Source: Myxococcales bacterium
GTDB taxonomy: Bacteria; Desulfobacterota; Binatia; HRBIN30
NCBI GenBank assembly: GCA_037445065.1
Contig: JBBILD010000006.1
Coordinates: 1 to 64,000, forward strand
Direction of reading: 5' to 3'
DNA length: 64,000 nt
The notes under the pieces were generated by a model. It was not told where the DNA came from, did not search any database, and was given only the letters and a program-made list of their open reading frames with translations. Position numbers and translations under genes: made by a program. Below are positions 1 through 10,017 of this stretch, piece by piece (positions within the stretch are counted from its first letter, which is position 1; every line of letters begins with the position of its first letter).

Positions 1-1542
1 GACGAGCGTCTGAGGGGCTTCGAAGACCCCGCCGGGCAGGCGATTCTGGGCGACCTCTTGCTCAGCTTCTGCTTCGAGAACCGCAGTCGCGCCTTGGGGC
101 GAAAGGAACCCGTGATCCGCGTCTTTCCCGCCCATTACTTTGCGAGTTGGGTGGACCTACCCGACAAGGTAGCCAACCTCCGCCACGTTCCCGAAGCGAT
201 CGTTGCCATGCTGGCCAACCAGGACGGACCAATCGTAAACGTCACGGCGGAAGGGACGAGGACTTGGTTCCCGGTGGCGACAAGGTTTCAGGAAAACGTG
301 CTCCTCCGCCCTTTCCTGCGCGGCGTCAAGCACGAGGGAGAGCTTTCCAGCCGCACTGCAGACCGCTTCGACGAAGCCGTGCCCGTGGGCATCGACGAGC
401 TGCTCATGATCCGTGTCGCGCAGTGGCTGAAGGAAGCCCCGGACCGCGCCCGCGGCCGGGACGAGGAGCGGATCCCCAACCAGCGCCCGCTCGCCGAGCA
501 GGCAGCGCGCAATTTCTCCGAAGACATGCGCCGTTTCGTGCGCGCGTATTCCGGCGTGGTGCCGCGCCCGGTGTTCGTGGAGTTGCTCGAGTCGTGCATG
601 GCGGTGGGACTGAGTACGGTGCTGCGCAGCACCGCGCGGCTTCTGTTCGCGTGGGCGGAGAGCGGCGAAGTGCTACCGCGGAGCCAAGAAACGCCGCTGC
701 CGTTGTTCGTGGATTGCTCGAACGGCGTGAACCAGCGCTTGCGCGCCAGCGCCGAGGACTCCTTCGACGAATTCCTCCGGCAAGTGGGAACCCTGCCGCC
801 GATTTTCTCGGCGCTGCGCATCTTGGATTTTGCCGTGCGGACCGACCCTCGCTTGCGCCAACTCCACGTCGAATCGGCTCCCTCAGCCCGCGACTGGGTG
901 CGACTCCTAGGCGATGTGTTGCACGGCCGCCACGAGCGCGCGCCAGCGATCCACGACGATCTCGCGCGCAAAGCCGAGCAACTCGCCCAAGAACTCGAAG
1001 CTGAATACCCCCAAGCGGCGCGCATCTTGCGCGGCGAAGAAACCCAACCCAACGTGGTGTGGCGCTTAGCCGAAGCGCTGGTGTTCCCTCTCGGTCGCAA
1101 AAACACGAGCGACAACTTGATGCATTTCATTGACGGGGCGTTCTGCCTGGGCCGCACGAGCGGCTTGGCGGTTAAGAGGAGGACGTTACGCACGGTCCCT
1201 GAAACGGGAAAGAAAGTGTGGGTGGACCTGCGCTGCGCCGTGCTCTCCGAGCCGGTGCTGGACTACCTCGTGCACCTGCACCTGTTGCCGAGCGGAAACA
1301 AAGCGGGAACGCGAGCGCTTTCGTTCCGCGACTTTTTGCGCGTGTTGCGCGAGCGCTACGGCCTCTACGCGGACGAAGCCCCGCCGGGACTGTCGCTCTC
1401 GAACGAACTCCTGCAGGCCAACCGGGCGGCGCTCGAGCGCCGCTTGCGCGACTTGGGGCTGCTGGTTTCGGTCAGCGATGCGGAAGCGATGAAGTCCCTG
1501 CGCCCGAGATTTTTGCCGGTAGGGAGCGATGAACTGGACTGA
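1..1542 (+). CDS. MAD7/DptG-like defence-system protein (5' truncated by the window edge)
   Basis: The frame is open from base 1. The C-terminus NRAALERRLRDLGLLVSVSDAEAMKSLRPRF resembles the MAD7/DptG-type tail as I recall it. It overlaps the next large ATPase gene by 14 nt. Confidence 0.6.
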   Translation, partial: DERLRGFEDPAGQAILGDLLLSFCFENRSRALGRKEPVIRVFPAHYFASWVDLPDKVANLRHVPEAIVAMLANQDGPIVNVTAEGTRTWFPVATRFQENVLLRPFLRGVKHEGELSSRTADRFDEAVPVGIDELLMIRVAQWLKEAPDRARGRDEERIPNQRPLAEQAARNFSEDMRRFVRAYSGVVPRPVFVELLESCMAVGLSTVLRSTARLLFAWAESGEVLPRSQETPLPLFVDCSNGVNQRLRASAEDSFDEFLRQVGTLPPIFSALRILDFAVRTDPRLRQLHVESAPSARDWVRLLGDVLHGRHERAPAIHDDLARKAEQLAQELEAEYPQAARILRGEETQPNVVWRLAEALVFPLGRKNTSDNLMHFIDGAFCLGRTSGLAVKRRTLRTVPETGKKVWVDLRCAVLSEPVLDYLVHLHLLPSGNKAGTRALSFRDFLRVLRERYGLYADEAPPGLSLSNELLQANRAALERRLRDLGLLVSVSDAEAMKSLRPRFLPVGSDELD

Positions 1543-4500
1543 ACTGCACGCCCGCCTCCTGACGCAAGCCTTCGCGCAACTGCTCGGCAGAGCCGAGCGC
1601 GGGGCCGTCGCCTACTGCCGCTGTCTTCCGAAGGAAGTGGTGGGGCGGTTGGCTGCAGACAGAGCTTTTTCGCCGGGTGGATGGACCGTGTGGTGCGTCG
1701 CCGGAGAGAACGCACCGGAGCGGCGGCTGCTGACGGCGGACCGTGCCGTCGAGCTACGGGAAGAAAAGGGGGACCCGGTGCTGTTTTTGGTCGAAGTCGG
1801 CGAGGCCGGAGCGGGGATGGACGGGGTGTACAGCGCCGCCCGCGAGGTCGCCGAGGGCGAGTTGTTCTCTGTTGCCATTCCGTTGGCTGCGAGGGAGATC
1901 ACCCTCAGTCAATCGGGTGTCGCGCGCCGCTACGCCGAGCGAGCGGTGCTTGAAGCACGCAAGGGAGGCAAGCGGGGGCGAGTGCCTCCGTGGGCGGAGT
2001 TCGACTTCCTGGTGCAAGTGGCGGCCGAGGGCCAGCACCCGGGATCCAAGTTGCCGCTGCTCGGCTTGTGGCCCGTGCAGGCTCAGCCCCAGGGTTCGGA
2101 GGGCGAGGACCTGGCGCTGTCTCGCTTTTTCGTGGAGCGGTTGCTGGGTGCGCAGGCGGCGCGGCTCACACCAAAGGAACGCATCGCCAACCTTAAGCTC
2201 TTGCAGCCCACCTCCGAGCAGTTGTGCGACCTGGAAGAGTTCGTGCGCGCAGCCGGGAAGCAGGCTTTGCTGCCGGCCTTAGCGGAACTAGAGAGGAAGC
2301 CGCACTTGTGGGTGCATCGCCTTCGTGTCGAGTCGGCGGCGCGTGCGATCGAGGGGCTGGAGTGGGTGCCGTGGCGGACGCGTAACGGCAGGCTCGCGAA
2401 GTGGTCGGGCTTGTTCGAAGAAGCGGAGGGCGAACCGCCGGCGTGGATCCTGCGCCCCGAGCCGAAAAGCGCCGCGGAATACTCCAAGCTGCAGGTGCGC
2501 TGGAAAGCGCGCCCGGAGCGGCTGCCGGCGGGGAGCGTGCAGTACCGCGTACGGGTTCTTTCGCCGCACGACGAAGAACTCGCCGCCAAGGAAGTCTGGC
2601 ACGGAGCGAGGCCGGAGCAGAAATGCGTGTTCTCCAACGATGACTTCGCCACGCTGAGCGAAGATGCGGTGGTGTCAGCGCGGGTGGTCATTGACGTTCT
2701 CGGCAACGAGAGCGTGGAAGGGGTGGAGAGCGAGGAGTTCGTCATTCGCTTTGGCGAACCACCGGAGAAAGCCGCGGCGAGCGGTGGGCTGCGCGTACGC
2801 GCCTTTAGCGAAGGGCTGGTCCAGTTGCCGAGCCGCGAGCAAGCACTGGCACTCGGCGAATGCCCGCCCAGTGTAGATGAACGCGGGTTCCTGGTGCTGC
2901 GCGACCCGTCATCGCGCCGCTCGTTCCGCGTCTTCCGACCGCACTTGGTGTACGAGGCGGAGCAGGATTGGTTCCGGCGGAGCGGAGCCGTCGGGCGCTG
3001 GTCCGTGCGCGTGCGGGAAAACGGGCTTCCCGCGGAGCCAGTCGAGTTCCACCCCATCGGGGGTGCGCCGGCGGGGCCCGAAATCGAGGAGCTGCGCGAG
3101 CGCGTGCGCAAAGCGAGCGCAAAATTTGCCGAGCAGCTGAGCAAGCAGGCGGGTGCCGTCGGGCAAGTGTATGTGCAGGAGGGGAAAACGTTCGAGAACG
3201 CAGCCAAGCCTTACGTGCTGGCCTGGGCTGCGCTGCTCGAGCAAGATGCTCCGCAATTCGCGCTGGCGAATACGGTGGAGGTGCAGTCGCTCTCCGGCCG
3301 CACGATCGGTTTGATCGTGTTGCCGAGTCACCCGCTGCGTGTGGCCTGGCGCGCCGCGTACGACAGCCTCTTGTTTCACGCCGTATTCGAAGAAGGAGTC
3401 GAGCCCGCACTGGCTCGAAAGGAGTTCGGTGCCCTCGACGGCGCGATGTTCCCAGCCTTTTTGCCCGGGCTGGAGCCAGACAACCCGTTCGTGTTTGCCG
3501 ACACGCTGGGACTGCACGCCGTCGCTTTGGTGCCGGCGGCGGATCGAGAACCCAAAGCCTCCGTTGCGCTGCTGGCCCGCTGTTTGGGCGAGGCGGGCGA
3601 CGGCGAGGCTGGTCCCACCGTGGGCAGGCAAAGCGTCAACGTGTTGGCACGCGAGATCGAGCGTTACCTCGACATCCACCCTGCCACCCGTCTGCTGCAC
3701 GTGCACGCGCTGCGCGCCGGAGACGGGATGGCAGTGGCGCGGGCGTTAGGACAGGTGCAGCACGCTTGGCAGGAGGAGGCGGAGACACAAGCGGGCGAAG
3801 AGGAGGCAGAAACGAGGGCCCCGCTCTGCTTCGTGCTCGAGTTGTACCCGTCGCCCGCGCAGCGTGGGCTCGCAGGCAGGTTTCTCTCCGAGGCGAGCGA
3901 GAAGCGGCGCACGGGGGCGGGCAGTTTAGTGGCTGAGGATCGGTGGTTGCTCGAGTCGGTCAGTGTGGAAGGCGGAGTGAATCTCCCCAAGCTGCGCTGG
4001 GCGCGTCGAGCTGGGGAGATTCCCGATCGGCCCGCGCACCTCGCGGTGGCCTTCGACACCCTCGGCTCGCATGTCGAGGTTACGCCTGCGCCTGCCGAGC
4101 AGGTAAGCGCGCGCTTCCACGCCTTTGGCTTGCTCTCGTTTTTCGAGCGCGAGTATCGCAGCGGCCCCCCAGCCGAGTGGCTGAGTTCTGTGCACTTGCC
4201 TGCGGAAGGCGAAAAACACCCTGCGGAGAGAGGGCACACCGAGCGCCTGATTCGGATGCACCGGGCCGTGCTGCAGTGCGTCGCGCGTAGCTTGGGCGAG
4301 CCGGTGGGACTGCCGCGGCTGCGCACGGTGATCTCGCCCGAGAAAGAGGAGAGTTTGCACAAGTTGCACGACTTGGTGGATTGGGTGATCACGCTCGACC
4401 GCAACGCGGCCCTCGAGTACTTCGACTCTCCGCGCGACCACCCGGAGGTCTACGACATGTACGTGATCGACTGCGTTCCCGAGCGGGAAGACCTCGGCTG

Positions 4501-6487
4501 CCTGCAGTTGATCACCACCACCACCCGGCTGGCTGAGGTGCGTCGCATCGTGGACCGTGCGCTCGATGACTTGGGTCTGAGCCACAGCCGCCGCAACGCG
4601 GAGTTCCTGGTGCGGCACTTGAAAGCGGTCAGTGGGCGTCTTGCGATTCGCTTGACCGGCGCGAACGCTCCCACCGCCGAGCTGATCGCCCTGGCCTTGG
4701 CGCACGCGCACTGCCAGCAAGCCACAGCGAACGACCCCTGTTGGTGCTCGCTCCAGGATGGCTTCTTGGTGCCCCTGGATGACGTGCAAGATTTATTGCC
4801 CGACGAGGACCGGGATGAAGAGGTCCGTACACGCAAGGTCCGACCAGACTTCGTGTATGTGTGCCTCGTGCCGCGCAAGGGACTCGCGTTCCGCTTCGTC
4901 GAGGTAAAGTACCGGCGCCACTTGCGTTCGGCGGGGGCGCCGGAGTTGCTGCGCGAGGTGGAGGAGCAAGTTGTCAGCCTGCGCTCGGCTTGGAGCGCTT
5001 GGTACGGTGGCTCGGATTTGCCGGCGACGCTGCGCTCCCTGCGGCGCGCCAAGCTCGCCCGAGCGCTGCGTTTTTATGCGCACAAAGCGAGAAGACACGG
5101 GCTGCCCGAGGCGACCTTCCGAGAGCTGTGCACGGAGATCGACCGCATGGTCGAGCGAGGTGCCGAGTACAATTTTGCCGAGCTGGCCCAGGCGCAGCGC
5201 GGCTGGATCTTCTGCCCCGAATTCGTGGGAAGCGAGCCGCTGCGGATCACCCCCGAGGGGCTCGACACCGAGGTGTTCTTGTTCGGCCCAGCGTTGCTGC
5301 CGGACTCCGAGTTCCGCCGCTGCTTCGGGTTCGCTGCCGAACCAGCCGGCGAAGAAACGTCGCTGGCTGCAGACGAGCCAGGCGAGGAGGGGAACGCAGC
5401 GGAAGCCGAGGCCAATGCGGGTTGTGGCGCGGCCGGAAGCACCGAGCCCGAGCTTTTGCTGGGGAACGATGTGCTTACCGGCACGCCGGTCACTTGGCGC
5501 CTTTCGGTGAAAGGCAATCCGCATTTACTGATCGCGGGGTTGCCCGGCATGGGCAAGACCACCTGTCTCGTCAACCTCTGTGTGCAGATGGTCCACCACG
5601 GCGTACGCCCGGTGATTTTTTCCTACCACCAAGACATTGACCGAGCGTTGGAGACCAAACTCACCGCGGCGTGTTTTCTCGACCCGCATCGGCTCGGCTT
5701 CAACCCGCTGCGGGTTACCAATCGAAGCAACCCGAATGCGCATCTCGATGTGGCTGGGGCGCTGCGCGACATCTTCCTCGGCATCTACCCTGAGCTGGGC
5801 GATGTGCAGGGAGAAAAGATCCGCGACGCTGTGAAGCAGAGCTTTCTGGAGTGCGGTTGGGGCAGCGGCCGCACGGCCGAGGATGGTTTGTGCGAGCCAC
5901 AATTCTCCCGCTTCGTGGAGATCCTGCAGTCCGACCCGCGTCCCGACCGCTCTCTCCGCTCGCTCCTGGCGCGCCTTGCTGAACTGGCTGACTACGGGTT
6001 CTTTGAAACCGGGGCCACGCCCAGCATTTGGGAACTGGAGGGGCCGGTGGTGCTGCGCTTGCACGGGACGCAGAGCGAGAAATTGCAAGACGCATTTGCC
6101 GCACTGGTCCTCTACGCGCTCTACAAGGACATGTTCCGGCGGGGCCTCGCCGAGCGCATCGAGCACGCGCTCGTGCTCGACGAAGCACACCGGGCCGCGC
6201 GCCTGTCCCTCATCCCCCGCCTCGGAAAAGAGTGCCGTAAGTACGGGATTGCGCTGGTGCTGGCGTCGCAGGAGGCGAAGGATTTCCATGACTCGCTGTT
6301 TTCGGTGGTGGCGAATTACCTGGTGCTGCGCGTGAACGAGGCCGATGCGCGGGCCCTGGTGCGGAACGTGGCGAGCTCCGATCAGGAGCGCGTACTGGTG
6401 GACCGCATCAAACACATGGAGCGCTTTCGCGCGCTGTATATGAGCGAGACCAGCCGCCGCCCCTGCGTGGTGCGGCTCAATCCGTGA
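1529..6487 (+). CDS. Large MAD8/DptH-like protein: PD-(D/E)xK nuclease motif plus C-terminal HerA/FtsK-type ATPase
   Basis: 1652 aa. RPDF...FVEVK nuclease motif (~4843-4909), Walker A GLPGMGKT (~5537-5560), Walker B LVLDEAH (~6176-6184), and ECRKYG...LASQ typical of HerA/VirB4-like ATPases. Confidence 0.75.
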   Translation: MNWTELHARLLTQAFAQLLGRAERGAVAYCRCLPKEVVGRLAADRAFSPGGWTVWCVAGENAPERRLLTADRAVELREEKGDPVLFLVEVGEAGAGMDGVYSAAREVAEGELFSVAIPLAAREITLSQSGVARRYAERAVLEARKGGKRGRVPPWAEFDFLVQVAAEGQHPGSKLPLLGLWPVQAQPQGSEGEDLALSRFFVERLLGAQAARLTPKERIANLKLLQPTSEQLCDLEEFVRAAGKQALLPALAELERKPHLWVHRLRVESAARAIEGLEWVPWRTRNGRLAKWSGLFEEAEGEPPAWILRPEPKSAAEYSKLQVRWKARPERLPAGSVQYRVRVLSPHDEELAAKEVWHGARPEQKCVFSNDDFATLSEDAVVSARVVIDVLGNESVEGVESEEFVIRFGEPPEKAAASGGLRVRAFSEGLVQLPSREQALALGECPPSVDERGFLVLRDPSSRRSFRVFRPHLVYEAEQDWFRRSGAVGRWSVRVRENGLPAEPVEFHPIGGAPAGPEIEELRERVRKASAKFAEQLSKQAGAVGQVYVQEGKTFENAAKPYVLAWAALLEQDAPQFALANTVEVQSLSGRTIGLIVLPSHPLRVAWRAAYDSLLFHAVFEEGVEPALARKEFGALDGAMFPAFLPGLEPDNPFVFADTLGLHAVALVPAADREPKASVALLARCLGEAGDGEAGPTVGRQSVNVLAREIERYLDIHPATRLLHVHALRAGDGMAVARALGQVQHAWQEEAETQAGEEEAETRAPLCFVLELYPSPAQRGLAGRFLSEASEKRRTGAGSLVAEDRWLLESVSVEGGVNLPKLRWARRAGEIPDRPAHLAVAFDTLGSHVEVTPAPAEQVSARFHAFGLLSFFEREYRSGPPAEWLSSVHLPAEGEKHPAERGHTERLIRMHRAVLQCVARSLGEPVGLPRLRTVISPEKEESLHKLHDLVDWVITLDRNAALEYFDSPRDHPEVYDMYVIDCVPEREDLGCLQLITTTTRLAEVRRIVDRALDDLGLSHSRRNAEFLVRHLKAVSGRLAIRLTGANAPTAELIALALAHAHCQQATANDPCWCSLQDGFLVPLDDVQDLLPDEDRDEEVRTRKVRPDFVYVCLVPRKGLAFRFVEVKYRRHLRSAGAPELLREVEEQVVSLRSAWSAWYGGSDLPATLRSLRRAKLARALRFYAHKARRHGLPEATFRELCTEIDRMVERGAEYNFAELAQAQRGWIFCPEFVGSEPLRITPEGLDTEVFLFGPALLPDSEFRRCFGFAAEPAGEETSLAADEPGEEGNAAEAEANAGCGAAGSTEPELLLGNDVLTGTPVTWRLSVKGNPHLLIAGLPGMGKTTCLVNLCVQMVHHGVRPVIFSYHQDIDRALETKLTAACFLDPHRLGFNPLRVTNRSNPNAHLDVAGALRDIFLGIYPELGDVQGEKIRDAVKQSFLECGWGSGRTAEDGLCEPQFSRFVEILQSDPRPDRSLRSLLARLAELADYGFFETGATPSIWELEGPVVLRLHGTQSEKLQDAFAALVLYALYKDMFRRGLAERIEHALVLDEAHRAARLSLIPRLGKECRKYGIALVLASQEAKDFHDSLFSVVANYLVLRVNEADARALVRNVASSDQERVLVDRIKHMERFRALYMSETSRRPCVVRLNP

Positions 6488-6570
6488 GATCAGGGCACGG
6501 CCACGTCGGTCCTGCGTCATGCACTCCGGGTGCCGAGCGGCAGGGCAAAGGCTTGGCCGACAAACCAACC

Positions 6571-6732
6571 CTGGAGCGGCCCTTGTCGCCGCCCGTGGTA
6601 CGATGTGGGCACCCGTGGTCTGTGGGGCAACTGGCAGGCACAAGGCCTGCTCCTACATGGTCTTGGTGGCGGCGTGCCATCACGCTGGCATCCCTGCCCC
6701 TGCGGGTGTAGGGGCGACCCTTGTGGTCGCTC
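6571..6732. repeat. GTAG-type REP-like palindromes (3 copies, alternating orientation)
   Basis: GGAGCGGCCCTTGTCGCCGCCC (6573-6594); reverse copy GGCAGGCACAAGGCCTGCTCCTAC (6633-6656); GTAGGGGCGACCCTTGTGGTCGCTC (6708-6732). Related copies occur at 55808-56320. Confidence 0.7.
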
Positions 6733-6854
6733 GTGCTTCCCGCGGCACGCTGTTTCGATCGCGCAGGGGGTGTCGCCGGGACCGCGCGCTGCCGCGGCGT
6801 CGCCGCTCCACTTCTCTGCTTCTGCCTAATGGGCACGTCGCTGCCGTCACCACA

Positions 6855-7080
6855 CAACGGTGAAGGCGTTGCACGATACAGCCTGGGGTTGGCGTGCAGC
6901 GCCAACCTCAGGAACCGGCGTCCCTAATGACCGCAGCGCAACCCAGAAGGGGTTGCGCTGCGGGAGGTGTGCCGCGGGGAAAAGAAGGTGCACAAGCAAC
7001 CGGGAAGAGGTTGCGTCAGGAACGAAGCGCAACGCCGATTGGCACCGTGCGGCGGGCGCCACCAACGTGGGAGGCGTTGT
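6855..7080. repeat. Cluster of GCAAC(C/G)...(G/C)GTTGC-type hairpins (second palindromic element class)
   Basis: CCTGGGGTTGGCG-tgcag-CGCCAACCTCAGG (6882-6912); perfect 14-bp stem CCGCAGCGCAACCC/GGGTTGCGCTGCGG (6931-6963); GCAACC..GGTTGC (6996-7014). Confidence 0.55.
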
Positions 7081-7195
7081 ACATCGGGCCGCGAGGCTCA
7101 TGGGGCCCGCGCACAGCTACTAGCTCGACCCGGGGGGGGCGATACCCGTCCCGCATCCCTTTTGGCGGGTGGCGCCACTGGTTAGAAGTGTGCGT

Positions 7196-7747
7196 ATGCG
7201 CACGGAGGCGCGGGAGCGTGAGTGGGCGGTGCCCGTGGTGTTGGCGGGGAGCGTGGTGGTGTTCGTGGTGTTAGGGGTGGTTCTCGGGCGTTCGCCGGGC
7301 ACCGCGCAAGCCGCGCATGAGTCGTGGCTTCCGCTCCTCAACGCCACGCTCAACGCTTGTGCCGGGCTCTGCTTGCTGTTCGGGTATGCCGCCATTCGCC
7401 GCCGCGAGGTGGAGCGGCATCGCGTCTGGATGCTGGCTGCCGCCGGGCTCTCTGCCGCCTTTCTCGTTTCGTACGTGTGGCACCACGCGCAGGTTGGCTC
7501 GGTCCGTTTCGTGGGCCCACCGTGGTTGCGGGCTGTGTACTTGAGCGTGTTGCTGCCGCACGTGCTGCTCTCGGCTGCGCTCGTGCCGCTTGTGCCCCTC
7601 ACTTTGTGGTGGGGCTGGAAGCGTGCGGTCGAGCGGCACCGGGGCTTGGCACGCTGGACCTTGCCGATTTGGCTGGTAGTGTCGGCCACTGGCGTCTTGG
7701 TTTACTTCTTCGTCTACCACTGGAACGCGGCCCCAGCGGCAGGGTGA
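7196..7747 (+). CDS. DUF420 family membrane protein
   Basis: Several TM segments; LPLLNATLN, HRVWML, FLVSY, HRGLARWTLPIWLVVSATGVLVY motifs. Confidence 0.85.
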   Translation: MRTEAREREWAVPVVLAGSVVVFVVLGVVLGRSPGTAQAAHESWLPLLNATLNACAGLCLLFGYAAIRRREVERHRVWMLAAAGLSAAFLVSYVWHHAQVGSVRFVGPPWLRAVYLSVLLPHVLLSAALVPLVPLTLWWGWKRAVERHRGLARWTLPIWLVVSATGVLVYFFVYHWNAAPAAG

Positions 7748-7813
7748 GCTGCTCGCTTTTGTGAGCGGACGATCCTGCATTTTGCCAGGAAGTCTGGTAG
7801 TAAGTGGCTGGCT

Positions 7814-9196
7814 ATGGCGCCGGTGACGGAGGAGGGTCTGCAACGGGTTCCCCCGCAGAGCTTGGAGGCGGAACAAGCGGTGTTGGGAGGCGTGTTGCTC
7901 GACAACACCGCCATCGATCGGGTGTTGGAACTGCTGGCCCCGGAAGACTTCTACCGTGAAGCCCACCGCAAGATCTTCCGCGCCATGGTGGCGATTACCA
8001 ACCGCGGCGATCCGGTGGATGTGCTGACCTTGTCCGAAGAACTCCGGCGCGAAGAGTTGCTGCAAGAAATCGGTGGCGCCGCTTACCTGGCCGAGCTGGT
8101 GGAGCAAGTGCCGACCGCAGCGAACGTGGCGTATTACGCGCGCATCGTGCGAGAAAAGGCCATTCTGCGCTCTCTGATCGAAACCTCCACGTCCATTGCC
8201 ACTCGTGCGTTCGACGCCGCGCCGGGAGAGGTGGACACGTTTCTCGACGAGGCCGAGCAACAGTTGTTTCGCATCTCGGAACGGCGCGTCGGCACGCATT
8301 TCACCGGCACCCGCGACCTCATGATGCACGCGGTGCACTTGATCGAGGAGCTCTACGACCGCGGCGAGGTGGTAACCGGTGTGCCCACCGGCTTCATTGA
8401 TCTGGATCGGCTCACGGGTGGCCTGCAGCCTTCCGACTTGATCGTAGTGGCGGCTCGGCCCGGAGTCGGGAAAACAGCCTTCGCTTTGAATCTGGCTCTC
8501 AATGCGGCACGCCATCCGGAGCGATCCGTCGGCGTGGCGGTGTTTTCGCTGGAGATGTCGAAGGAGCAACTCGGCTTGCGGATGCTGTGTTCGGAAGCGC
8601 GGGTGGACCTTTCCAAGCTCCGCGCCGGCTTTTGCTCCGGCGAAGACCTGCAGCGGGTGGTGCACGCGGCGAGTTCGATCTCCGAAGCACCGATCGTGGT
8701 GGATGACTCGGGCTCCCTTTCCATCCTCGAACTGCGCGCCAAGGCGCGGCGGCTCAAACGCGACAAGGATTTTCGTCTCGGGCTCGTTGTCGTGGACTAC
8801 TTGCAACTGCTGCGCGCCCACGAGCGCAAAGAAAACCGCGAGCAAGAAATTTCTTTCATTTCGCGTTCGCTCAAAGCCTTGGCCAAGGAACTCAACGTGC
8901 CCGTGCTGGCGCTGGCGCAGCTCAACCGCCAGGTCGAAACTCGCGCCAACCGCAAGCCGATGCTTGCGGATTTGCGCGAGTCGGGTGCGATCGAGCAAGA
9001 CGCCGACGTCATCATGTTTTTGAGCCGCCCGCATATGCACGACCCCGATGCCGAGCCCACTCTGGCGCTGGTAGACGTTGCCAAGCAGCGCAACGGCCCC
9101 ACGGACGAGATCCGACTCAGCTACATCGCAGCCTACACCCGCTTTCAAGACTACGTGCCGCCCGAACTCGACCAAGCCTTCGGGGTCGAGGTGTGA
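7814..9196 (+). CDS. dnaB: Replicative DNA helicase
   Basis: PPQSLEAEQAVLG, AARPGVGKT, FSLEMS, VVDYLQL, DLRESGAIEQDAD, KQRNGPT. Confidence 0.98.
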   Translation: MAPVTEEGLQRVPPQSLEAEQAVLGGVLLDNTAIDRVLELLAPEDFYREAHRKIFRAMVAITNRGDPVDVLTLSEELRREELLQEIGGAAYLAELVEQVPTAANVAYYARIVREKAILRSLIETSTSIATRAFDAAPGEVDTFLDEAEQQLFRISERRVGTHFTGTRDLMMHAVHLIEELYDRGEVVTGVPTGFIDLDRLTGGLQPSDLIVVAARPGVGKTAFALNLALNAARHPERSVGVAVFSLEMSKEQLGLRMLCSEARVDLSKLRAGFCSGEDLQRVVHAASSISEAPIVVDDSGSLSILELRAKARRLKRDKDFRLGLVVVDYLQLLRAHERKENREQEISFISRSLKALAKELNVPVLALAQLNRQVETRANRKPMLADLRESGAIEQDADVIMFLSRPHMHDPDAEPTLALVDVAKQRNGPTDEIRLSYIAAYTRFQDYVPPELDQAFGVEV

Positions 9197-10017
9197 GTGG
9201 CTGCCGAGACGGATCCGCCGTGGCTGCGCGGGTGTTGCTGACCAACGACGACGGCGCCGACTCCCCGGCGCTGATCCCGCTCTGGCAAGCTCTGCGCACT
9301 TGGGCGGCGGTGGATGTCGTGGTTCCAGCGGTGGAACGGAGCTGGATCGGTAAGGCAGTGACGCGCTTTGCCCCCGTACGCGTGCACCCGCAGGGGCGTG
9401 GCGGTGGCACTTGGTACGTCGTCGAGGGTACGCCCGCGGATTGCGTGAACCTGGCCGTTCACTCGCTCGGGTTGCCGCGTCCTGACCTTGTCGTTTCCGG
9501 GATCAACCTGGGGCTGAACTTTGGCCTCGCCTTCGTCCTATCGAGCGGCACCGTCGGCGCGGCCATGGAAAGCTGGATTGCCGGAATCCCCGCCATCGCG
9601 TTTTCGATGGCCATTCCCAACGATGCGTACGGCCTCTCCGGCGAGGCTCGCACGCGTGCCCTCGGCGGCCGTGCAGAAGCGGCGGCACAGGTGGCGAGCG
9701 AGTTGGCCCGCATCCTATGGCAGCACGGAATGCCGGACGGGGTGGACTTCTTCTCCGTCAACATGCCCGCCGAGGTCACTGCGCACACCCCGCGCCGCCT
9801 GACCCGCGTGGCGGTGACGCGCTACGGGCCGCTGTTTTCCGCAGTGGGTGCGAATGAGTTCCGCCATCGCTTCCACTCGCTCGAAGTGCTGGAGGAAGCG
9901 GCGGACACGGACATTGCGAGCGTGAGCAGCGGGACGGTGGCCATTACCCCCATCCGGCTCTCGCTCTCCGCCACGTTGCCCGAGGCCGTGGCGCGCTTGT
10001 GGAAAGGAGGCGAATGA
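9193..10017 (+). CDS. surE: 5'/3'-nucleotidase SurE
   Basis: LLTNDDG, GTPADCV, VVSGINLGLNFG, SGTVGAAMES; 4-nt overlap with dnaB. Confidence 0.93.
   Translation: MSGCRDGSAVAARVLLTNDDGADSPALIPLWQALRTWAAVDVVVPAVERSWIGKAVTRFAPVRVHPQGRGGGTWYVVEGTPADCVNLAVHSLGLPRPDLVVSGINLGLNFGLAFVLSSGTVGAAMESWIAGIPAIAFSMAIPNDAYGLSGEARTRALGGRAEAAAQVASELARILWQHGMPDGVDFFSVNMPAEVTAHTPRRLTRVAVTRYGPLFSAVGANEFRHRFHSLEVLEEAADTDIASVSSGTVAITPIRLSLSATLPEAVARLWKGGE

Noticed and set aside
147..6335. Many overlapping alternative-frame and antisense ORFs here and across the window
   Set aside because: They are Arg/Pro/Ala-rich shadow ORFs expected in high-GC DNA, overlap well-supported genes, and carry no recognisable motifs.
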